A stretch of DNA of 64,000 nt from Candidatus Anstonellaceae archaeon (GTDB lineage Archaea; Micrarchaeota; Micrarchaeia; Anstonellales; Anstonellaceae). The notes beneath the pieces were generated by a model, which ran no database searches, was not told the origin of the DNA, and was given only the letters and a program-made list of their open reading frames with translations. Location of the stretch: positions 18,865 to 82,864 of the forward strand of contig JAWAEU010000004.1 of the NCBI GenBank assembly GCA_038891055.1, read 5' to 3'. This document shows positions 57,088 through 64,000 of this stretch, piece after piece (positions within the stretch are counted from its first letter, which is position 1; each line of letters begins with the position of its first letter). Position numbers and translations under genes: made by a program.

Positions 57088-58869
57088 ATGGAAAAGAAGG
57101 ATTATCTTGAACTTACAGGTAACTGGTATGCGGATGGTGGAATTATTGGGTTTATTAACATAATGGAAAATACATATGGGTGGGACTTAAAAACATTGAA
57201 AAAAAAGATAGAAAATGAAGAAGAAAAAGTGTATTATGGATATTTCCCTTTTGCTTATTTTACTTCCTTTCTTTCAGAAAAATACAAAGAAAAAGTAGAA
57301 AGACTAACTGAGGAATTGGTAGAAAAACTAGAGAAAGAGAATTTTGAAAATAAACAAAAATTATTTGATTTTGTTTGGTTTAATTATATATGTGTAGCTT
57401 GGAAGGATGAATGGATAGAAAAGAAATTAGAGATAAATAAAGAGAAAAATAAAAAAAAGGAACAAGGATCAGAAAAATATAAAAAAGAGATGGAAGAGAT
57501 AATAAAGCTGTTGTTCGATGAACTGCTAAATGATTTGAAAGAAATTAAAGATAATGAAAAAAATTTGGGAAAAAAGAAAAAATTTAGCTATCTAGAAATT
57601 AAAAAAATTTTACAAGAGATAAAGGAAAAATGCTCTCGAATAGAGATAAAAATAGAAAATTTAAAGTCTTTGTTAGAAGATGAATGGAACAAGGTAATCA
57701 CAGCTAATCAAGAAGTATTAAATGATAGCTTTTATAGGATCCCTATACATAGTGGATTTTATGAGAACTTTTTATTTTTTAACAATAGCTCTAATCAATT
57801 AACACAAAAAAAATATCTTTTGGATCTGATAAATTTTGATTTACAAAATAGTAAATTAAAAATAATAGATAAAACAATAAATAAATTTTTACCATCTCAA
57901 GAAGAGTTTAAAAATATTAATTATACTGAGCTTTCAGCTAAAAAGTTCAAAGAAAAAAATAAATATTTTGCTGTCTATTTTGTTTGTTTTATATTTGCAT
58001 TTGAAAGATATGGGGAAGAAAATATCTTTTTTTATTCTTATGATTTAGAGCTTTGTATTAAAGTGAACAAAAGAATAAGGTTGCAAAAACAAAAAATTAA
58101 AGAACAAAAAGGGGTTTCTATTTTTAATATTGCATGGCAAGAAATATTTGATGCTTTAGTGGAATATAAATCTTCTTGGAGTTTAGAAAATATGTATATA
58201 ATCTCTTATAAAAAACTTGATAATAAAAACCAGGAGGGAGTAGAGTATATTGGTGTTCCAAAAATACAAGCTGAAATGCTTTTAGATGATGAAATAAGAG
58301 AAGGCTTAAATATAAACATAGCTCTAAAAAGTGAAAAAAAAGTAAAAAAATTTACTTTGATAAATGAGTTTGTAGTTGGAAATCCACTCTATCCAATAAT
58401 TTTGAAATATGTGAATAGTATTTTTTCAAAAGAAGAAAGAATAAAAGACTATCACAATCTCTTAATTTCTTTAATTGTTGAAGCACATATAAAGAAAATT
58501 AGGGAAAAAAATAAAGGAGCATTATTTACTGAGAATTTTTTTGTGAATTATAAACCTCTGTTGAGTGAAATAAAGAGGGATATAAGGGAAACTTCCTTTA
58601 ATGCTAGTCTAATTACAAAAATTGGAGAAAATAGAGATTCTAAAGAGAATAGAGAAGAAAAAACAAAATTAGCAAAAAGTCTTTATAATTCTCTAAAATC
58701 ATATGACAAAAACCATTTTTTAAATACCCTTTTAAATCACTTGAATAAAACAAAAGAGCTCTCGAAAAATAAAAATTTTATTGATTGGGTATTTGAAAAA
58801 ATTATAAAAAATAAAAAATGTTTTGAAATCTATGGTCTTATATTAATTTTAAATATAATGAGGGGATAA
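57088..58869 (+). CDS. cas8: Type I-B large subunit Cas8 (Cst1-like)
   Basis: N-terminal GNWYADGGIIGF motif, position between cas6 and cas7, helical C-terminal domain. Confidence 0.75.
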   Translation: MEKKDYLELTGNWYADGGIIGFINIMENTYGWDLKTLKKKIENEEEKVYYGYFPFAYFTSFLSEKYKEKVERLTEELVEKLEKENFENKQKLFDFVWFNYICVAWKDEWIEKKLEINKEKNKKKEQGSEKYKKEMEEIIKLLFDELLNDLKEIKDNEKNLGKKKKFSYLEIKKILQEIKEKCSRIEIKIENLKSLLEDEWNKVITANQEVLNDSFYRIPIHSGFYENFLFFNNSSNQLTQKKYLLDLINFDLQNSKLKIIDKTINKFLPSQEEFKNINYTELSAKKFKEKNKYFAVYFVCFIFAFERYGEENIFFYSYDLELCIKVNKRIRLQKQKIKEQKGVSIFNIAWQEIFDALVEYKSSWSLENMYIISYKKLDNKNQEGVEYIGVPKIQAEMLLDDEIREGLNINIALKSEKKVKKFTLINEFVVGNPLYPIILKYVNSIFSKEERIKDYHNLLISLIVEAHIKKIREKNKGALFTENFFVNYKPLLSEIKRDIRETSFNASLITKIGENRDSKENREEKTKLAKSLYNSLKSYDKNHFLNTLLNHLNKTKELSKNKNFIDWVFEKIIKNKKCFEIYGLILILNIMRG

Positions 58870-58870
58870 A

Positions 58871-59224
58871 ATGGAAAATCAAGAAGAATATAGAGAGTAT
58901 ATTTGGGAAAAAGTAGAGGGAAACAAAATAAAAAAAATAGATTTGGGGGAAGTTAAAGCAGCAGCAAAGTTTGTTTTTAAAGATGAATCTGATAACTATA
59001 AACAAAAATTAGTATATAAACTTCTCCAAAGCCTAAAAAGTAACAATCAAAAAGAGTTTTTTTATATTTTAATAAGGGCAATAAATAGGCCTGGAGAATT
59101 TCAAAGATTAATACAAACTCTTGAGAAAGATTACGATGCTATGCCAGAAGAAGTATTTATAAATTTTGGATACTCACTAATTATTGGAATAATTTCTACT
59201 TACGGAGGTGAAGAAAATGAATAA
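58871..59224 (+). CDS. Stand-alone Cas11-like small subunit
   Basis: All-helical 117-aa protein resembling the Cas8 C-terminus (KLxxxLxxSLKSxxxxxF ... FxxxG). Confidence 0.6.
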   Translation: MENQEEYREYIWEKVEGNKIKKIDLGEVKAAAKFVFKDESDNYKQKLVYKLLQSLKSNNQKEFFYILIRAINRPGEFQRLIQTLEKDYDAMPEEVFINFGYSLIIGIISTYGGEENE

Positions 59225-60443
59225 ACAACAAGAAGATCAAAAAATGAAAAACCAAAAAGAAGAGTTCAATGGTCATAATCATCCACAGATTAATAAAGAA
59301 CCATCAAAATATATTGTCTTAGATATATTATTTTATGGAAGTTCTCTTAACTACGACCAAGGCTCTCAAAACTATCAAGAACTAAAAAAAATAACAAAAT
59401 GGGATGGGAAACAATATGTTATGGTAAGTAGATATGCTCTAAGATACAGCATATTGCATTGGGCAAATAAAATGTTTCCAGATAAATGGAAATTGATGGG
59501 AAAGGAACAGTTTGAAGAGGGTGAAGAAAATAAAAAAAATAAAGGTCCCCCCAAACTAAAATTGACGGAAAATAAAGAGTCTGAAGAGGGTGAAGAAAAT
59601 AAAAAAAATAAAGGTCAGCAAAAAATAACGATGGAAATATTAAAACAATATTTTGAAGATTTTCCTGAAATTGATTTGTTTGGTTTTATGGTGGCTTCTG
59701 AAAATCAAACTATAACAAGAACATCTCCAGTAAAAATTTCCCATGCTATATCATTAACCCCTTATAATTATGACTCTCATTTTTCAGCAAATTTAGATAT
59801 AGTCAAAAGAGCATATGGGCCAAATAAAGGGAGTAATCCTATAAATATTGAGGAAAAACTGGATTTTTATTTATATAATGTGGTGATAGATGTAAATAGA
59901 GTTGGATTATGCACAAAAGAAGAGATAGGTTATAAAGAAAAAGAAAGTCCTAATAATAATCAAAATAATAACCAAAATCAAAATCAGAAGATAGATATAG
60001 GGGAAAAGAAAAGAAAGGAAAGAATACTACAGCTAATTAAGGCTATATTTTCCTTAAAAAGAGAGATTAAAGGAAGGATGGAGGATTTAATTCCATGGCT
60101 TGCAATAGTCGGTCTATATAACGATGCAAAATATCAAACATATCTAAATAGAATAGAATTAGAAAAAAATCAAATCTACAAAACAATTAGAAAAGAAAAA
60201 GAATTTAAAGACAGCGAAGGAAGAACCGTTATAGAAGTAGAAAATCAAATCATAGAAAAAGAAGCTCCAAAATTTTTAATACATGACGATTTAGAGAATA
60301 AAGAAATTCTAGAGAAAGAGGAAGAAATGTTCAACAAAATTGGAGAGTTTATAGGAAATGATAAAAAAGGAGAACCAGCTAACCAGATTTTAATCTATAA
60401 GAAGAGTAATGTTAAAGTAGAATTTGGAGAAAAAAATTTTTAA
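59217..60443 (+). CDS. cas7: Cas7 (Cst2/DevR type)
   Basis: SSLNYDQG, SRYALRYS, EIDLFGFM and TRTSPVKISHAISL. Confidence 0.92.
   Translation: MNKQQEDQKMKNQKEEFNGHNHPQINKEPSKYIVLDILFYGSSLNYDQGSQNYQELKKITKWDGKQYVMVSRYALRYSILHWANKMFPDKWKLMGKEQFEEGEENKKNKGPPKLKLTENKESEEGEENKKNKGQQKITMEILKQYFEDFPEIDLFGFMVASENQTITRTSPVKISHAISLTPYNYDSHFSANLDIVKRAYGPNKGSNPINIEEKLDFYLYNVVIDVNRVGLCTKEEIGYKEKESPNNNQNNNQNQNQKIDIGEKKRKERILQLIKAIFSLKREIKGRMEDLIPWLAIVGLYNDAKYQTYLNRIELEKNQIYKTIRKEKEFKDSEGRTVIEVENQIIEKEAPKFLIHDDLENKEILEKEEEMFNKIGEFIGNDKKGEPANQILIYKKSNVKVEFGEKNF
59513..59616 (+). repeat. 35-bp perfect direct repeat (69-bp period), in frame within cas7
   Basis: TGAAGAGGGTGAAGAAAATAAAAAAAATAAAGGTC at 59513 and 59582, encoding EEGEENKKNKG twice. 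Confidence 0.85.
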
Positions 60444-60455
60444 GTTGAAGGTTAA

Positions 60456-61316
60456 ATGATGGAAAAAACAATTTTAGTAAAAATTTTTCAGCCTTATGCA
60501 CAATATAGAAATCCTTTCACATTTTATCACGCACAGACTTATCCATTACCACCCAGATCAACAGTAATTGGAATGCTTCAGTGTGCTTGCGACGATTGGT
60601 ATGGAAACAAAGAAGGAATAGAAAAATGGGAAGAATTAAAAGTAAGTGTACATGGGGGATTTGAAAATATTTTTTGGAACTATCAAAATCTTATAAAGGG
60701 AGAGATAATTATACAAGAAGGTAAATTTTTGAATAAAACAACAAAAAAGGGAAAAGGAGAAGATAAATATTTTCCAATCTATGGAGAAGGGCAAAATTCT
60801 CAGAGAAGTCCAGTATACCAGCAAGAACTTTTTAATGGACATTTATATATTTTTATAAGAGGAAAAGAAGATATGGTTAGAATGATAAAATCTGAACTAG
60901 AAAAACCAAATAAAATTTTGTCGCTTGGGAGAAGTGAAGACGTTGCATTTATCCAATATGTAAAGGAAATTTCACCAATTAAAGAAATTCAAATAAAATT
61001 TGATATAGAATTAACCTATCCCACTTATATACTAGATTCTAATTTTTTGGGCAAACCACAAAAATATCCTGTGTACTGGATTTCTAGACATATAATTTTT
61101 AAAAATGCAAACAAGCCAATTAAGCTGAAGAGAGAAATAGATAAAAATACAATGAGAGAAGTTAAATTTAGTAGAGTTATATACACTGGTTATGACTATG
61201 AACTTATACTTAAAGAAAATCAAAAGCTAAACGTTGAGTTTTATGAATTTTATGAAAAAGATCAAAAAAAAGAGATAAGAATTATTAGCGAATACGGGTG
61301 GATTGATGGAAAATGA
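60456..61316 (+). CDS. cas5: Cas5
   Basis: AQYRNP, TYPLPPRSTVIGML and LSLGRSED. Confidence 0.93.
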   Translation: MMEKTILVKIFQPYAQYRNPFTFYHAQTYPLPPRSTVIGMLQCACDDWYGNKEGIEKWEELKVSVHGGFENIFWNYQNLIKGEIIIQEGKFLNKTTKKGKGEDKYFPIYGEGQNSQRSPVYQQELFNGHLYIFIRGKEDMVRMIKSELEKPNKILSLGRSEDVAFIQYVKEISPIKEIQIKFDIELTYPTYILDSNFLGKPQKYPVYWISRHIIFKNANKPIKLKREIDKNTMREVKFSRVIYTGYDYELILKENQKLNVEFYEFYEKDQKKEIRIISEYGWIDGK

Positions 61317-63891
61317 AGAAGTGATATCAATCCTTAGAGCAAAAAATAAAAATCAAAAGTCCTATTTGCTAAAAGATCATTTGAGAGAAGTGATAGAAAA
61401 AGCTAGTGAATTGGAGGATTATATAAGTAAAAATAAATCGAATATTGGATACGATTTTGATGAAGAATTTTTTGAAAGTTTAATAATAGCATGTTTTCTA
61501 CACGATTTAGGAAAAATAAATTGGGAGTTTCAGTTAAAAGTTTTTGATAAAAAAGAAAAAAACAAAGAGAATGGAAAATACAAAAATGAAGAGCTTAATT
61601 TGTTATACAAATTTTTTGAAAAAGCGAGAGATATTAAAATAGAAGATCATGAAATAATTTCAGTTCTTTATTCATTACTTTTCATTGAAAATTCAGAATG
61701 GGATAAAAAAATTAGAACCGCTATAATCTTACACCATTATAATAATTTTTATATAAATAAGCAACAAAACGTAGTAGATATTTTAGAAGAATATCCAGAT
61801 GTAGTAAAATATATAGACTTTTTAATCTCAAGAGCAGACAGTATCAAAAAAAATTTAGAGTTGCTTTTGGATGAACTGGCAGAAAAGATAAAATACCAAA
61901 AAACTAAAGCCATCTTGAAAAAATTAAAAGAAAAAATAAACTTTGAAAAAATTAGAAAATTTAAAGAAAACTTAGAAAAAAAATATGATAGAACAGAAAT
62001 TTTTAGGACTTTTGTTTTAGGTGAAAATGACTCTCAAGAACTATATGAGTTTTTCTTATTTTTGGGTTTTTTGAGAAGGTGCGATTATGCTGCTAGTGGA
62101 GAAGTAGTGATAGAAAAGGTAAAGGAAATAGAAAGAGAGGTTTATATAAATTTAGAACAAAATATTAAGAGGTCAATTAAAAAAGAAGGAGAAATATGGC
62201 AAGAAAAAATAATAAACAACCACAATTATGGGAAAATGATTTTGGTTGCGCCCACAGGTTCAGGAAAAACTGAATTTGCCTTAATATGGGCTAAAAAAAG
62301 AAAAAAGAAATTACTCTATACTTTACCACTAAGGGCTGCTTTGAATGACCTTTATTTTAGATTTTTAAAAAAAGAAAAAGAATACTTTCAAGAGGCTCAT
62401 CTTGGAATATTACATTCAACATCTTTTTTAGAATATCTAAAAGAAGAAGAATTTAGTGGTCAGATAAAGATAGAGGATAAAATAAATAGTTCTTATTTGT
62501 TTTCATATCCAGTTTTACTTACGACACCAGATCAAATTCTTGTTTCTTCTCTAAAATACTATGGATTTGACAAAATAATTTCTATCTATCCATTGTCCTG
62601 TATAGTGATAGATGAAATACAAGCATATAAACCTGAAATGGCAGCGGTGATAATAAAAACTTTAGAGATTGTTCAACAATTAAAAGGAGATATACTGATA
62701 ATTACAGCAACATTTCCCCCTTATTTCATTAAATATTTTAAGGATAATTTTAATATTTTAAATCTAGAAGAATTAATAAAAGAAGGCAAAATCAATAAAA
62801 AAGAAATAAAGAATTATGAGCTAAAAAGACATAAAATAGAAACTATAAAACTGCCTTTATTTATATATAAAGGAAAAGAAGAAATTGATGAAAAATCTTT
62901 CAAAAAAATAGAGGAAATAATTTCACAAAATTCAAATAAAAAAATTATGATAATTTTAAATAATGTGGAAAAAGCTAAAAACCTATACAAAAAGCTTTCT
63001 TCCCAATATTTTGAACAAGTCGAACTTCTACATGGTAGATTAATTGAAAAAGAAAAAGAAGAAATAATAAATAAGATAAAAACAAAAATAGAAAATAATG
63101 AAAACATTATTTTAATAGCGACTCAAATAATAGAAGCATCTGTTGATATTGATTTTGATATACTTATAACAGAAATTTCTCCTATAGACAGTCAAGTTCA
63201 AAGATGGGGTAGAATATGGAGAAATAGAAATACTGACTATAGAGAAAAAAGCCCTAATATTTATATATTTATTGGTAGGTCTGAAGAAGATATAGACAAA
63301 GATAGAGGAACAAATGCTATTTATGATAAGTTTGCAATAAAAAAGACTGTTGAAGTTTTAGAGAAGAACAAGGATAAAAATTTAGGATATGAGGAGGAAA
63401 AAATATTAATTGAAGAAGTTTATTCTGATGAACTTTTAAGATATTATGAAAATGAGATCGACAAAAATCTAGAATGGCTCGAATACTATTCTTGTCAAAA
63501 AAGAAAAGAAGCTCAAAAAATTTTTAGAAATATTGAAGGAATAAGGCGTGTTGATTTGGAAAAAATGAAAAAAAGTAGAGATAAAATAGAAAGAATTTTT
63601 GCTGAAATTCTTGAAGATGAAAAAAATTATAACCTTCCATTGGAAGATACTCAAAACTCTATAGCAGAAAAAATTAAAAAAGAACTGAAGGATGAAAAAG
63701 AAAGACAAAAAGTTAACAAGTGGAAATTATTAAAAATTTTGTATCTTTATTCGTTTGCTGCTCCTTTTTTTAGTATTAAAAAGGTTACTTTAGCTGGAAA
63801 AAAAGAATTCAGAGGATTTATTATTCTAAAAGAAGGTGAAGAAGAGGATAGGCAAAAAAGCGAAAGCGAATATGAAGAATATATCTTATAG
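61306..63891 (+). CDS. cas3: Cas3 HD nuclease-helicase fusion
   Basis: HDLGK, HH, APTGSGKT, DEIQ, TAT, ATQIIEASVDID and QRWGR. Confidence 0.96.
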   Translation: MENEEVISILRAKNKNQKSYLLKDHLREVIEKASELEDYISKNKSNIGYDFDEEFFESLIIACFLHDLGKINWEFQLKVFDKKEKNKENGKYKNEELNLLYKFFEKARDIKIEDHEIISVLYSLLFIENSEWDKKIRTAIILHHYNNFYINKQQNVVDILEEYPDVVKYIDFLISRADSIKKNLELLLDELAEKIKYQKTKAILKKLKEKINFEKIRKFKENLEKKYDRTEIFRTFVLGENDSQELYEFFLFLGFLRRCDYAASGEVVIEKVKEIEREVYINLEQNIKRSIKKEGEIWQEKIINNHNYGKMILVAPTGSGKTEFALIWAKKRKKKLLYTLPLRAALNDLYFRFLKKEKEYFQEAHLGILHSTSFLEYLKEEEFSGQIKIEDKINSSYLFSYPVLLTTPDQILVSSLKYYGFDKIISIYPLSCIVIDEIQAYKPEMAAVIIKTLEIVQQLKGDILIITATFPPYFIKYFKDNFNILNLEELIKEGKINKKEIKNYELKRHKIETIKLPLFIYKGKEEIDEKSFKKIEEIISQNSNKKIMIILNNVEKAKNLYKKLSSQYFEQVELLHGRLIEKEKEEIINKIKTKIENNENIILIATQIIEASVDIDFDILITEISPIDSQVQRWGRIWRNRNTDYREKSPNIYIFIGRSEEDIDKDRGTNAIYDKFAIKKTVEVLEKNKDKNLGYEEEKILIEEVYSDELLRYYENEIDKNLEWLEYYSCQKRKEAQKIFRNIEGIRRVDLEKMKKSRDKIERIFAEILEDEKNYNLPLEDTQNSIAEKIKKELKDEKERQKVNKWKLLKILYLYSFAAPFFSIKKVTLAGKKEFRGFIILKEGEEEDRQKSESEYEEYIL

Positions 63892-63903
63892 GAAAGATAA
63901 AAA

Positions 63904-64000
63904 ATGTATATAGATAATGAAGATATAATAACAGGTACTCAAATAAACTATTTGTATATTTGTGTTACTAAATTGTGGTTTTTTTGTCATCAAATAACTA
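63904..64000 (+). CDS. cas4: Cas4, partial (runs off the window)
   Basis: MYIDNEDIITGTQINYLYICVTKLWFF matches the Cas4 N-terminus. Confidence 0.85.
   Translation, partial: MYIDNEDIITGTQINYLYICVTKLWFFCHQIT

Noticed and set aside
59513-59616. 35-bp repeat, 34-bp spacer, 35-bp repeat resembling a mini CRISPR array
   Set aside because: It is in frame inside cas7, the spacer resembles the sequence before the first copy (a 69-bp tandem duplication), and there is no palindrome or CRISPR-like terminus.

Overview
Very AT-rich archaeal chromosome segment. The lineage is most likely DPANN, possibly Micrarchaeota-like; this is inferred from the split RpoB/RpoA, bacterial-type gyrase, class III signal-peptide pilins and compact overlapping genes. 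The window carries most of the archaeal information-processing core: the rpl3-to-secY-to-cbf5 superoperon, the rps13/rps4/rps11/rpoD...rps2 cluster with three tRNAs (Ser-GGA with an intron, Leu-GAG, Pro-GGG), and the rpoH-B''-B'-A'-A''-rpl30e-nusA-rps12-rps7 operon. It also has gyrBA, lonB, csl4-rpoL, pcna and eno. At the right end a type I-B (Tneap/Cst-like) cas operon runs divergently from rpl3; no CRISPR array lies inside the window. Main observations: (1) structural Zn-ligand cysteines are systematically lost in RNA polymerase (three clamp sites), uS14, eL34, uS5, uS17, aIF1 and Csl4, while extracytoplasmic Cys are kept; (2) an unannotated micro-gene island at 2.29-2.86 kb holds a 10-codon MGGKKKPGCC ORF with its own TATA box, SD and terminator, a 47-aa CxxC/CxxC protein and a K-turn hairpin RNA; (3) rpl3 has a structured 5' leader; (4) a stand-alone Cas11-like gene duplicates the Cas8 C-terminus; (5) protein-coding frames run into tRNA genes. 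All calls come from reading motifs by eye; no database searches were run.
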